Numbered from the stretch's first letter, positions 37,475 through 52,385 are shown. The stretch: 64,000 nucleotides of DNA from Eledone cirrhosa (GCA_964016885.1 OZ024741.1:335172001-335236000); one strand, 5' to 3'. Notes: a model not told the origin generated them from the letters alone. Numbers and translations are program-made.

Positions 37475-39302
37475 TGAAAAATAGGTCATTTGAGAAAAAA
37501 TAGTAAACAGAAAAATGGAGATTTTCATATAAGGACGCTAATATAAAAAATTAAACGCTTCCATAATAATAGAACTGTATTGTGTCAAAGTTTCGGTTTA
37601 TAAATTCAACATTATTAGAAAATTGGAAAAAACACAACATACATAAATTAAAAAAATATATATATACTAATAATAATAACAATAATAATAATAATATAAT
37701 AACTCTACAGTACTGTGAAACAAATTCAGGCAATTGTATAAAATTAACAATACTCTAAGAGATTTGTTTTCTTTCAAGGTTTAGTGTATGGATGGAGTAG
37801 AAATAAAATATGCCATTTTAATGCAAATTCAGAGTGTGCTCTTTATGAATATAAGAGAAAGAGCCAAAAAGTATCAACAATAAAAATAACAACAACAGCA
37901 ACAATTTTTTTTTTTTTTTTTTGAAAATTAAAAAGTTTTTTTGTTGTTATTTTATGCATGAATATTTTTCTTTTTGTCATCAATGGTGGTGTTGAGCCTC
38001 CACCATGCTAACTATGGCCTCGATATTATGAATATTCATTGTCTAGCTTTCAGAAGTAATCATTTCGTTCCACAAATATTCTGGTCGTGCATGAAATAAT
38101 TAGAATAAAAGATGCTTGTGTTTTGTAAATACTGCAGTTGTAAAAATTTAAAGCAACGGAAATTGTATGAGAGATGAGAGAGAAGAGGGGGTAGAGAAGA
38201 AGAAGAGGAGGTGGTTGGTGGTGCTGGTGCTGGTGATGCTGTGGTGTTGGTGGTGGTGATGGTGGTGGTGTTTGGTGGCGGTGGTGGTGGTGTTGTTGAT
38301 GGAATGAGATAGAAAATATTAAAAACAAAAACAAAAACAAATGGAAAGGAGAGGAGAAAGGCATGGAAATGAGACGACATAGATAGAATAAGAATAGAGA
38401 GGAAAGAAAGAGAGAGAGAGAGTTTGTATATGAGATACAAACATAGAGAGAGGGTAGTAGTTTGAGTTGAGAAGACAGGAGAGATATATTGGAGAAGAAT
38501 TCTGAGAAAGAGGAAAAGGAAGAGGAAGGCATTAAGAAATAGAGGAAGTATAAGGAAGGAGAGAGAAGTATTGTTAATAAAATCGGAAGATGAGGATAAT
38601 CAATAAGGTAAATATAATGATTACTCCCATTGGTATGTGGGGGGATACTGATTTGTAAGGGAGTGGCATTGGGATTTGCATTGACCCTAGTATTTGGTTT
38701 TGTTTTTAAAGCCTGTCTCAAGCCTGAAGGCTCATCAGGCTAGTGCTTATCCCAGTTTCCTTGGCATTTAGCAACTTACCGTATTTCCCGGAGTCAAAGA
38801 TGCTACCTTTTTCCTAAAATAAGTCTCAAAAATCTACAATGTGTTAAAAAAATCTGTTAATGTTTGTAATCATTTTCAGCTGAGTGACAGGAGCAAAATG
38901 AAATGAGATGTTTTGGTTAAGAACACAACCCACAATGCAATACCTCATGCAGGAATTGAACCCACAACATTATGATGGTAGTTCCAACACCCTCACCACT
39001 AGGTCATGTACCTTCACTTTGTATTTGATTGGTAAAATGTAAAGTTTTTTCATTTGTGTGATGAATTTCTGACGTTTCAGACAAAGTCCTTTTTCAAGGA
39101 GTTGTTTTCATGATCTCATAGACTGAAGCTGAAAAATATTGTTTTCTCTATAAAATTAGGAAACTTTACACTTTACCAACCAATACATACAAGCTGGAGG
39201 TCTGGAATCTTGCAACCTGAGGACCAGATCATTGTTTGACCAAGGAAAATGCCGAAAAACAGAAATTGACTCATATGTAAAAATAGTTTGTCATTTCAAT
39301 CT

Positions 39303-39682
39303 ACATATATATTGATGCCTTATCGAAACTGGAACAAAGCTTAAAGCCTGGATTATCCTCTAAAGGAGGCCCCTTTATAAACATAGTGTTGTTGTTTCAA
39401 GCTACATATATATTGAGGCCTTATCAAAACTAGAATGAAGCTTAAAGCCAGAATTGACCCCTAAAGGAGGCCCTGTATAAACATAGTGTTGTTGTCTCAA
39501 GTCAGGCACATATGTATATATATATATTGATGCCTTCTCAAAGCTGGAACAAAGCTTAAAGCTAGAACTGATCCCCTAAAAGAAACCCCTTATATAAATA
39601 TAGTGCTGTCTTAATCCACATATATGTTGATGCTTTATCAAAGCTGGAACAAATCTGAAAGAAAGAATTGATCCCCAAAAAG
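39303..39682. repeat. ~105-bp tandem repeat, ~3.6 copies
   Basis: tatattgatgccttatcaaagctggaacaaagcttaaagc at ~39308, 39410, 39523, 39621. Confidence 0.8.
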
Positions 39683-40009
39683 TGTGATTATGCAAATATA
39701 ATCTTGCCAATCCAAAGCATGTTGTACTTTGGAGTGCCAGATTAAAGAGATTCAATGTCCGTCTTGGATGTTTGATTATTTAGTCTTTGACTGATACACC
39801 AAGGAATCTACTATAGTAAAATTAAACTGAAGTACATTTTTGTTTGTTATTTAGTCTTTGACCAATGCACCAAGGTATCTGTTATACCAATCCCACCTCA
39901 AAACACACCCAACTGTGTTTTCTTTGTATTTATAATTAGTTTTGACTTATACATATTTCTGCCAGTTTAAGGATGATTTGGGTTTAAATAACAACTGGTA
40001 AATATTTTT

Positions 40010-40342
40010 CTATTATGTCCACCCAGTAAGGTGATCATGTTAATGACACAACAAAAAGCATCCAGTCCACCCTTTAAGGTGGTCATGCTGGTAACACAAG
40101 GAAAAGCACGCAGTCTATACCGTAAAGTGGTCGTGTAGGTGTCACGATAAAATGCACCCAGTACACAATGTAAATATAGTAGGTATTAAAAGGGGCATCC
40201 AGCTATAGAAAATAAACCAAAATCAGTTCTGTATGTGCCAGACATGGTCATCTAATCTGATCTGTTTCACAATGGAACAACTCGCCTAACCCATGCTAGC
40301 ATAGAAAAATGGACATTAAACAGTGATGATGATGATGATGAA
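40010..40342 (+). mobile_element. RTE-mobilised SINE
   Basis: aaaagcacccag..gtaaa..aggggcatccagct and 3' end cccatgctagcat..ggacattaaa..(TGA)n; similar relics at 35230-35462, 47385-47580, 50675-50820 (minus), 54880-55080 (minus). Confidence 0.7.
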
Positions 40343-42254
40343 TAGACCACCATCGGTTTTGATGATGTATGTTCTATTTGTTTGATCAGTGGATCAGTCT
40401 GATCATGAAATTAAGGAGTAAGTTGCTAAGCATTCCACAAGCACTCCTTTCCCCTGCTGAGGCCCTAAGCTATATGAAATTTGAGTCCCTTCTCTAAAAA
40501 TATTCAGGTGAAAAGAGTTTTAATAATTATACATGATTATTATTATTAATATATATGTATATACTTTTTGATGATTTAGTAATTGTTTCTACTTTTGGCA
40601 CAAGGCCAGCAATTACCCAGTGCATTACTGATACTTTATTTTATCCACCCCGTAAGGATGAAAGGCAAAGTTAACCTCGGCAGGATTTTAACTCAGATCA
40701 TAAAGGGAGGTAACTCTATGCTTCAAAGCATGGCGTCCGACCCTCTACCGATACTGCCAAAATAATAAAATCTAATGATAAAATAAAAATCTATTTTTAA
40801 AAATGAAGCCCTCATTAGTGTGTGGCTCTAAGCTATGGCTTATTTAGCTTATATATAAGTCCTCCTGTGTCAACCAGGTACCATTAATGATTTCCAGAGA
40901 GATTCAGCAGGAAAAAGTGTGTGACAAGGTTGGCCCTTTAAGTCACAGGCACAATCCATCCAGCAGACTTCCAAACAATTCCCATCTTCCTAATTTCAAT
41001 CACTGGGGCTATGATAAATGACATTTGCACAATTTGCCACACAATGGGATTGAATCTGGGATCTAAGTATTGTGAAAACTAACTGCTTAACCCTTCAGCC
41101 ATGCAGTTGTATCAAACTTGGAATTGAATGACTGCAGAGCAAACTTCTAAACTATACAGCAATGCTGCATCCAATTTACAACTCTAAGAGAAAGATAAAA
41201 TGTAAGACTAACTCTAGTAAGGTTTGAACTCAGTTTGTAGAGATTATATGTTTGCTGAGTCAAGGGTGACCCGGGGTTAAATAACCACTGATAAATATTT
41301 TTCAGCCTTAAGAGAAGGATAAAAGGTAAAGCCAGCTCTAGGGAGATTTGAACTCAACTAATAGAGGGAACATAAATAAGTGAAGTAAACATTTAGTCTG
41401 TCACTTTATTGTATCTGTTATTCCTTCCCTTTAAGAAGTAAGGTTACTGGAGGTGTAGGAAGAAGAAGTAGAAAGTGAGATAAGGAAAGAAATATGATGA
41501 GAATAAAAAAAGAATAAAAGACATGAGGAAAATAAAATGAAGGGGGTGGGTTGTTGGTGGTAGGGTATTGTAAGATAGCAGAAAAAGGGATGGTGTTTGA
41601 AAGATAAAAGAAATGAGAGAGAGAGAGGCTAAAGAGTGATAAAACAAGGAATGAAGAGATGTAATATCACATTAAAGAGAAAGGAGAGTAAGAAAAGGGT
41701 GAGAGATAAAACAGATAGAGAGAGACAGGAGAGAAATGAGCAGACAGACTGAACAGAAACCATTTTACAACTAACTGCTAGAGGAGGAGAAATAGGGAGC
41801 TGTGTCAGTGATGGCAGGTAGTATCAGGGGGGGGCTTGGAAAATGTGGAAAAAAGAAAAGGAAGCTATAGTAAAAGATGAAAAGGAGGGAGAGAAAGGAA
41901 AAAAAAATCACCATTTAACATATTTTCTTCTGTTTGTATATATTTATATATGTATATACAGATGAAGTAACTAAGCTGAAACATCGAAGTAACTGCTACT
42001 GTACTACATAGAAAATAGATTATTTCTACACTCAATCGACTAGTATTGAGTACTTCTTGTGTTTGAGGCTTTTAAATGTTTGAATGTTTTTTAAATACTT
42101 CAGTATTTTAAGAATTCATTGAAAGAGGTTTAAATACAGTCATGTATGTATATATTCATGTATATAAATGCATAATATATGAAATATATGTGCATAATAC
42201 ATATGATATATATATATATATAGTAATAATAATAAATAATATATAGTAATAATA

Positions 42255-42304
<50 letters not shown>

Positions 42305-42434
42305 GTGAAAAAGTATGTAACCACATTTACACACACACACACACACACACATACATACACACACACACATACATACACACACATACACACATATAAGCTA
42401 CAATGAATGGCCTCTCAAAAGTAGAAGCATTGTT

Positions 42435-42792
42435 ATACATATCAAATATTTTCTCTGGACACTGGTTTGTGTTTTTGGCATAAACGCAGCAATAAGCTAA
42501 ATGGTATTTTGTTGTCATTAGTGAAAACAAAAGCGAGGCAGTCCAGTTGGCAGACATAGAAGATTTTACTATTTTTATCCAATCCAAACTGGTAAATGAA
42601 AACTGGGAAGTGTCGGAGGTAGTTTCTTCCGTCATTTCCTAGTTTTCATTCACCAGTTTGTATATAAATAGTAAATTCTTCTATTACTGCCTCTTTATGT
42701 TTCCGCTGATGACAGCAAAAGACCATTTAGTTTACTGCTGTATTTGTGCTAGAAATACTGTCTTTTGTCCAGAGAAAATATTCAATATATAT
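42435..42792. mobile_element. Old foldback element with two degenerate hammerheads
   Basis: 42435-42610 inverted to 42635-42790; plus CTGATGA at ~42706 ..GAAA..GTC-cagagaaaa; minus CTAATGA..ACAC-aaacca-GTGT-C-cagagaaaa. Confidence 0.6.
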
Positions 42793-42793
42793 T

Positions 42794-43691
42794 TATCATC
42801 ATCATCATCATCATCATCGTTTAACGTCCATGTTCCACACTTGCATGGGTTTGGACGGGAGTTTTCCCACATGAGGCAAGAGTGGTTGTCTTGCTCGCAT
42901 AGGACTGTCTGGCGGGTTTTCTACAGCTGGATGCCCTTCCTAACGCCAACCACATTTACAGTGTGGGACTGGGAGGTTTTTACCGTGTTGCCTACATGGC
43001 CACATTACAGCGTGGACTGGGAGGTTTTTACCGTGTTGCCTACATGGCCACATTACAGCATGGACTGTGTGTTTTTTTGTCGTGACACCTACACGATCTC
43101 ATTTGTTTCGGCCTGGATGTTGTGGCACCAACATAACTTTACATTGAAAGGGGCGGTGTGGATGGGGTGGGGGTGGTGGTACGGGGTGTATTTTGTTAGA
43201 GATGCCTACTGACTGTAGTAGGTTTTACTTTGTATTTAGGTAAGGCGGGTCTTCTCTATTACTGAGTACCGCCAAAGATCTCGGTCCAGTGACATTGTCT
43301 TGGAGAGGTGTAAGTGTGTGAGGTCGGAATTTATCAGGTCGTCCCAGGTTTTTCTGGGTCTGCCTACTCCGTGGCTACCGTCTATCTTTATTGCCCTGCA
43401 CTTTTTTATATAGCTGTCGTCTTTCATGCGCATCATGTGACCATACCAACGTAGCCTTCTCTCGAGTAAACAACATCTGATCCCTCTTATTTCTAATTTT
43501 TCCCTTAGTTCGTTTATGCTTTGCCGTTTGCGTATATTACTATTACACATCCAGCGGAGCATGCAAGCTTCGTTCCTCTCTAGTCTGCGTATATCCTCTG
43601 CACACAATGCCCAGGTCTCACTGCCATGCAACATTGCTGTTCGTATGCAGGCATCATACAGCCTGCCTTTCATTTTTAGGGAGAACCCTTT
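42794..43691 (-). mobile_element. RTE subfamily B 3' fragment
   Basis: ORF 43236-43673 matches 19225-19662; small tandem duplication in the 3' UTR at ~42960-43065. Confidence 0.95.
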
Positions 43692-44068
43692 ATATGTATT
43701 TTAACTCTTAACATCCTGTGCTACATGAAACCACATTATAACCAAGACATCCTTGAAATGTACAAAACAGCACTGTGACTGCATATCATTAAATGTTAGT
43801 TTAATACTGCAAATTTTCACAATAATCTGTCCACTACTCAGGGCCAGAATTTTGCCTGCTGAGGCCCTTCTCTAAAAAATATTTAGGTAAAAGGTTATAA
43901 ATAATTATACATAATTATTATTTTTTATATTAATGTTAATGAAACTATTCCAGTCCTGTAGAAGTCATGTCATTAATAAAGTAAATATGCCTATACTCTA
44001 CTAACCTATTGAGTACCTTTTTTAACTGTGGTCACCTCCTAATTAATATACATTGAAAATCCACACGC

Positions 44069-44100
<32 letters not shown>

Positions 44101-44197
44101 GATGTTTACACTCTGCTAATGTATTGAGTACCTTGCTTACTGTGGTTACCCCCAATTTAACCTGTGACTCATGCACACACACACATACGCACATATA

Positions 44198-45504
44198 CGA
44201 GGTGTGTCAGAAAAGTTCCATGACTGATGTCACAAAGATTTATTTCAAACCCAAACTCACACTAAGAGTTTTCTCCTTCAAAGTAATCCCCCTGGAGTCT
44301 AATGCAATTTTCCATCCTTTTCTGCCACTCCTGGAAGGATTCTTCCAGGATCCTCTGCAGTTCCGTTGTCACAGCCTTTTTGATGTCGTCTACGTCTTCA
44401 AAACGGGTCCCCTTGATGACCCCCTTGTGCTTGGGGAATAGGAAAAAATCAAACAGAACCAGGTCGGAGAGTAGGGAGGTTGCTCCAGCACAGCGATGTT
44501 CTTCTCGGCCAGGAACTGTCGGATTCTCAGGGCATTATGAGCAGGTGCGTTGTCATGGTGAAGCAGCCACGAGTTGTCCTGCCACAACTCTCGCCTCTTC
44601 TCACGCACTGAACGAAGCAAACGCTGCAGTATCTCTTTGTAGACATGTTGGTTGATCGTCTGGCCCTGTGGCAAGAACTCACAGTGGACGATCCCCCTCA
44701 CATCAAAGAATGTGATCAACATGACCTTGACTTTGGACTTCGACTGTCGTGCTTTCTTCGGCCTTGGTGACGACGGACTTTTCCACTGATGGGCCTGGCG
44801 TCTGATTTCCGGGTCGTACTTACTCAAAGATCTATGACTCATCACCGGTGATGACTGTCCCTAGCAAGTCTTGTTCGGTTTCAAGACATTCGAGGATGTC
44901 CTGGCACACTTGCATGCGTCAACCCTTCTGGTCATCGTTCAGTAGTTTTGGCACCATCTTCGCACAGACTTTCCGCATGTCCAAATCTTCAGTGAGAATC
45001 TTCCAGACGCTGTCCCGATTCATGCCCAGCTCATTTGCCATCAGTCGAAAAGTCAGCCGACGATCGCTACGCACCATCTGCCTGACGCGCTCAACGTTGA
45101 CCTCAGTCCTGGTTGTTGAGGGCCTTCCATACACTTGCTGCAGCAATCCCAGTGCTTCTGACGGAGTTTTTCCCAACCGTCCCAGAAACTTCAAGTTTGT
45201 TCATTGCTCTGTGCTCATTGCTTGACGACCTGAAACAGAGGACATGTATATAAAAGTATGAAGAAAAAAGTTTGATCGCTGCAGAGAGCTAAGATTACAG
45301 TTACATACTCCAGGGGGATTACTTTGAAGGAGAAAACTCTTAGTGTGACGTTAACCTAGTGTTAACAACAGACCTGAGTTATATGAAGATGATGAGCTAT
45401 TGTAACTGTTCTGTGCATCTCACTTTTCCACTGAGTTCTGTCCACCACCGGTTTGAAATAAATCTTTTGTGACATCAGTCCTGGAACTTTTCTGACACAC
45501 CTCG
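44198..45504 (-). mobile_element. Mariner (Tc1/mariner) transposon, defective
   Basis: TA-cgaggtgtgtcagaaaagttcca..//..tggaacttttctgacacacctcg-TA. Confidence 0.95.
44270..45220 (-). pseudogene. Mariner DD34D-type transposase, frameshifted and deleted
   Basis: KFLGRLGKT, DRRLT, KVCAKMVPK, VITGDES, LHHDNAPAH, PPYSP(DL..FDFFLF after a frameshift), GDYFEG. Confidence 0.92.
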
Positions 45505-46649
45505 TATATACATATAGAAACCTGTTATCTAGCTTTTAGTTACATGAAATTATTCTTTTGCTGCCCACCACTCCCATTTTCCAGTATTTCTATGCCTGCA
45601 TCTTAGCTTTAATGGCAGTTTACAGTACTGTACCACCACCAGGTAATTCTTTTGTCTAGCTTGAACCTTGCTCCAGCCACCGGTCTCATCACTGGCCTGC
45701 AGTAGGATGTTCTTTACCAACTTCTAATTTTCATCTGTTTTATGTATCTATCTCCTCTACTTCTCTCCATATGTATCACATAGAGTTTTTCTAAACTTCT
45801 AATTAACAGTGATATCTTTTAGCTTCCATATCGTCCTACCCTAGATTTTCATGCATTTGTGTCTGTCTAGTTTTTATTTTGATATCATGGATAAATAATT
45901 GATGTTGCAGGAATTGGGCTGACATTCTTCTCAAAGAAAGAAGTTAGTATTCATAACCCTTTCTGTATCCTGTTTTCTAATGAATAGAACATCAATTTAG
46001 CTTGTGTTGACCTGATTTGTAGGTGATCAAGTGGCTGGTTGGTTTCCTGTAAATAGTATTGGAAATAGTTAAATCGTTTGTATCACAGAATTCTAGGAGC
46101 CTTGATCCCTTTTCATGTGGCCTCCATGCACTCTGAAATAGCCATCCTGGAATTCACTAACATTTCCATTGAGGCCTGCAAACAAAGACCAAATCGTCCT
46201 TTCTCCAAAACATGGCTGGTTACTTTTTCACAGACCTCGTATGTTGCAAAGCTAACCCTTGGTTTAATAATGAAAATGGCCTTAAAATGCTTTCTGTTGT
46301 ATTATAGCTTGATTTATGAGTGTAACCACTCTCACAGCAGCACAATACCATTCTCATTATGTCATTTGAGTGTGTTGGCAATGGAATAAAAGTGATTCAT
46401 TGCCATTACTTTCCATTTTTACACATGGTGTAGGATTTGAACTGAGAATGCAAAGATGCAGAATGAATACAGCAAAGTATTTGATACAATTTTCAAATGA
46501 TTCCGCAAATTTGTCTTATATATAAAACCTAGTGTTAACAACAGACCTGAGTTATATGAAGATGATGAGCTATTGTAACTGTTCTGTGCATCTCACTTTT
46601 CCACTGAGTTCTGTCCACCACCAGTCACACACATAACAAAAAATAACTC

Positions 46650-46714
<65 letters not shown>

Positions 46715-46718
<4 letters not shown>

Positions 46719-46870
46719 ATGTTTAACCCCAACGGCAGAGCCCAAGCCGTTTCAATGGCTTGAGCTCCGCCGTCGGGGTTAAACATTTTCCTATTACCCA
46801 CTCTACTACCCTAAGTATTGAGTACTCTGGTGTGTTATGGTCCATCTGGTTCCTTACCACACTTCCTTTG

Positions 46871-46875
<5 letters not shown>
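46715..46875 (+). mobile_element. Hairpin+tail element (13490 family)
   Basis: gaaaatgtttaacccc.acggc..//..gccgtcggggttaaacattttc then tail with ttgagtac; within (TA)n. Confidence 0.8.
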
Positions 46876-46929
<54 letters not shown>

Positions 46930-46949
46930 CTTTATATATATATATATAA

Positions 46950-47367
<418 letters not shown>

Positions 47368-49589
47368 GTATGTGCACACAGCCCATGATAAAATACACCC
47401 TGCACATTCTGTAAAATTGTTAGTAATAGGAAGTGTATCTAGCTATAGAAATGATGCCAAAATTAAATGTATAAGCATTGTGTGGTCCTCAGACCTGTTA
47501 GTCTAAAAACGTGACAAACCATCCAGCTCATGGCAGCATGGAAAATAGACATGAAAAGATGATGATGATGATGATGATGATCTGAGTGAAAGTGAAAGAG
47601 AAAAATGAGGGACAACAAAGAAGGTGGTAATGATGATGGAGAGGGGGAGGCAGAGGGTAGTGGTGGGAGGAACATAAGGAAGAAGAGAATGGGGAAGTAA
47701 AACCCATTCAGATAATAAGCAAGGGGAAAAGGGGTAGGGAAGAAGTGATGGGGTGTTGATATGGAGAGTGGAGGAGAGGAAGTGGTGGAGTGAGATGGCA
47801 AGAGGGGGAGAGTGGGGGCGGGGATAGTTGGAGAGAGAGAAAGGGGATGAGATGGAATGAAAAGGTAAGAGGGAGAGACTGGGAGAGAGCAAGGAGAAGA
47901 GATGGAATGAGAAGGAGATGAGATGGAATGAGAAGGAGAAAGTGGTGAAGAACAGGAGAGAGCAAGAAGGAGGTGAAAGAGAGAGCAAAAGAGGAGATGA
48001 TATGAAGGAGGAAGAGAATGAAACAGACAGAGAGAAGTTAGGAGGGGGCAAGAGAAGTAGAATGAGAAAGAGAGAGGAGGAGGAATGGGTGTTGAAAGTG
48101 ATATGAAAACAGAGAGATGGAAGAGACAGAATGCTGTCAAAGCAGCAACGTGCAGTAATGTGCAGTAACATGCAGTTATGTGCAGATACGTTTAGTAATG
48201 TGCGTCGTGCATTACAGAAAGATTGTTACTAAAGGAAAAGAGAAAAAAATCCGTAGAACAAAGAGAAATGTGATAACAACTGCTGGCACGATGGCAGTAT
48301 TTTTGTTTGAGAATATCTCATTGTAATATATCCTGATTCTCTGTTGGATACATGTTCGTTTCATTGATGTTGGTAATATACTTGGGATCTTGGGAAAGGC
48401 ATGATCATTTCTACTTCCCATGAATCCTAGTTTAATCATAATGGCTACATTAATCATTTTGATACTAAAACACCTGATACCAAAGCAGATCTGTGAACTC
48501 TCCCCATCTGATGGGGAGATCTCCCACCCACTTTGGGTAGGTGAGAGTTGTTTTCTCTTGTGAAAATGGGTATAGCTTTTTATTATTATAGAATATCCTA
48601 TTTGGCCTCATTTCTCCCCATTTTGGGGCACTTTTTTCATCGTATTCCCCATCTGGGTTTTTATAGGTTGGCAGGTCTGCTAAAGTATCCCTGGTTTTAT
48701 GATAGAAAACCATTTAATTTCAAGTGTTTATATTTTATGTAAAATCCTTTCATCATAATTTTAGACCAGAAACTTTTGTTAATTTTTGATCAAAAGACCA
48801 GCTTAATAATTATTTCTAATTTTGGCACAAGGCCAGCAAATTTGTTGGAAGGGCAAATATAATTAAATCAACGCCAGTACTTTATTATATCAACCCTAGA
48901 AAAATGAAAGATAAAATCAACCCCTGTGGTATTTGAACTCAAGGGCCAGAATATATACTACAAATAGCATTTTATATGACACTCTACCAATTTCACTAAT
49001 CCACCACCCTCATTGATATGTAAATATTGATTTCTAATTTAGGCACAAGGCCAGAAAATTTGTGGGCCAGGCAAATTGACTAAATCAACACCAGAAGGAT
49101 GAAAGGTAAAATCGACCATGGCAGTATTTGAACTCAGAATGTAAAAAGCCAGGACAAATATCACAATGGCAATGCTCTGCCAACTCTACCCCCTCTTATG
49201 CTGTAAACACCAGCTTAATATTGGTAACATTAGTTATATTACTGGAATTCTCAAGATACTTGCTTATTTTCAAAATTAATTGAAGATCATAGGTGGTGAC
49301 TTTCATTAGAAATATGTTAACAAATGAGTTAAAATGTCTATATTATTGGAGCTATGATCCTTCAATTTAGAAAAATAATGGCTCTACCTGGAGTGACTCT
49401 CTGATCTCTAAACTATGTACTCTATCGAGTAATGTTACTCTGAAGAACCTTTAGAGGAATCCCATTTCAGCCACAATCATATTCTTTCAAGTGTTGCCGC
49501 AAATACTGATTTGTAGATATCAAGTTTGACTTTTACACCTGCCTCCCTTCTTCTGATGACCCAATGATGTAGCTGGCATATTACTGTTG

Positions 49590-50000
49590 GACAAAATATT
49601 GAATTTGTTGACTCATTTACATACTTAGGCAGTAACATGTGTAAGATTTGAAAATCAGAATTTGATGTTAAGACTACACTTGACAAGTTGACAGTAGACT
49701 TTCAAACACTAAGACCAGTATGGTCATGCTTTTGCCATTCCCCAAACAATCAATCCTCTTCTGTATGCATATATCGTCATTCTTATGGCTTTATATGCAA
49801 ATGAAACATGGAACCGACAGGATTTGCAATATTCAGATCACCTGGTGTGATGACATCACAAACAATGAAATCCAGAGAAACGCTGGCCTCAGTATGTTAC
49901 AAGACATCATCACAGTTAGATGAAGGAAGCTGCTTGGTCATGTGTTGTGCCAACTGTAGATGGCTGGAGGAAAGAGAAAAAGAGCAAGCTCGTAAAGGTA
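49590..50000 (+). mobile_element. Highly decayed RTE-like LINE fragment
   Basis: attgaatttgttgactcatttacatacttaggcagt = IEFVDSFTYLGS; later ITWCDDITNNEI. Confidence 0.55.
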
Positions 50001-50144
50001 TGTCAGTAAAGAACTTCATGGTTTGACTTCACTGAAATGGGTGTCAGGTGTCACCTGTGAAGAAGGATGCAGTTCGGCTAAAAATGTCTGTCGGCTATTT
50101 TCAATGTTTGCATGGGCTAGACATACATATATACATATACATAC

Positions 50145-50185
<41 letters not shown>

Positions 50186-50825
50186 CATGTATATGTATTA
50201 TTTGTACAGATTAAAGTTTAAGAATCACTGATTTCACCCTTTTATGGATTTCTTCTGAAACTTATCGGGCCCTCTTCGGATTTTAGTCTTCATAATTATT
50301 ATTACTGTGTGTATATATATGGTGTCACAATTCTTTAACTTTTTGTCTTTGCTCTGGGTAGAAATATATCAATTCGATGAACATCTGCTATAGTGCAGCT
50401 GCAACTTCGGTTATACTCATTATTATTATATATATATGCATATACTTATGTATAAATTGTACCTTTATCCACAAAATACAAGAAAAACCAGCATCTGATT
50501 GATCTACTGGACCTAAAAGAATCTGAACTCAAAATATATAGGACATTGTAAATGTTCTATGGAAAATGGAAGGGTTTTTTTTGTCACCACCATTATATAT
50601 ATGATGAGGGACAGAGACTGCTGGAGTGATCTCGTCCATCGATCTTGGGAATTTTACCTGCCCTAGATATATATATCATCGTCATTTAAGATCCATCTTC
50701 CATGCTTGCATGGGTTAGACGGATTGTCACATTACTAGACAAGTCAATGTCATGCTTATATGGATCTGTATTTTGGCTTGGTTTCTAAAGCTGGATGCTC
50801 TTCCTAACACCAACCACATTATATA

Positions 50826-50856
<31 letters not shown>

Positions 50857-51047
50857 GGTGTGTGTTTATATGTGATGGTGGTGGAGTACTGTGTGTGTGT
50901 AGCATGTGAATCTTATTTTCGGCTATTAAGCTTGACTTAAGTACTGAGTGATGAAGGAAGGCAATTTAGATCTGTCAACAGAATTATAATTTACTTTGTC
51001 TTTACTTTTTTGTTTGAAATGTAAATTTGATAATATCTAAACAAATG

Positions 51048-51722
51048 ACTCATCATTACCATCATCATTCTCCTCATTATCATCATCACCATCATCAATA
51101 TCAACATCGTCATCATCAACATCATCCTCATCATCACCACTATCATCATCATCATCATCATCACCGTCATCCTCATCACCACCACCACCACCACCATCAT
51201 CATCACCACCACCATCACCACCATCATCATCATCACCACCACCGCCACCACCATCACCATCATCGCCACCACCACCACCATCATCATCAGCACCACCACC
51301 ACCATCACCATCATCGCCACCACCACCATCATCATCATCATCACCACCACCACCACCATCATCATCGGCACCACCATCACCACCATCATCACCATCACCA
51401 TCATCATCATCACCATCATCGCCACCACCACCACCATCATCACCACCACCACCATCATCAGCACCACCACCACCACCACCATCATCATCGGCACCACCAT
51501 CACCACCATCACCACCAGCATCACCACCACCACCACCACCACCACCATCACCATCATCACCACCACCACCACCACCATCACCACCACCACCACCATCACC
51601 ATCATCACCACCACCATCACCACCATCATCACCACCACCACCACCACCATCATCACCACCACCATCATCACCACCACCACCACCACCATCATCATCACAT
51701 TTATCATCATTATCATCATCAG
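51048..51722. repeat. (CAC/CAT)n array
   Basis: Visible; poly-H, poly-G/D and poly-V/M ORFs. Confidence 0.95.
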
Positions 51723-52089
51723 AAACAATTATTTTAAAGTAGAAACAATTATTATGATTATCATTATTACTCTTATTATTGTTGTTATTGTTGTTATTGT
51801 TATTATTTGCTTTATTAAAGTGTTGCAAATGCTACAACTTAAAACATCCCAAGTTTAATTCTCTTGGAATGTGGTTTCAGAATCATGTCAGGCCCACCAG
51901 CTTCTGCCAAACCCCGGTAGACTTAATTAAAATGCGTTTATTTAAATCCGAAGTGGCCATACATTTTATTTTAAATAAATAAATATTCAAACAAAATATC
52001 AAAGTTAAAGTTTTCAAAAAAAAACAAACAAACAAACAAAAAGCAATACAACAACAACAACCATGATGATTTCTTTATTTCTTTATTCA

Positions 52090-52141
<52 letters not shown>

Positions 52142-52218
52142 ACTACTACTACTACTACTAATAATAATAATAATAACTACAACAATAATAATGCTACTAC
52201 TACTACTACTACTACTAG

Positions 52219-52257
<39 letters not shown>

Positions 52258-52259
52258 CA

Positions 52260-52296
<37 letters not shown>

Positions 52297-52339
52297 AATA
52301 ATAATAACTATGATAATAATGATAATGCTACTACTGCTG

Positions 52340-52385
<46 letters not shown>

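Noticed and set aside
45720-46330. Possible ancient LINE RT remnant on the minus strand
   Set aside because: Motif traces too degenerate to call by eye
48172-48470. Possible host exon in non-repetitive sequence
   Set aside because: No recognisable protein motif; splice structure cannot be supported without RNA-seq
51027-51828. Poly-His and Gly/Asp-rich ORFs
   Set aside because: Open in several frames on both strands because of the (CAC/CAT)n array; no unique coding flank or splice evidence
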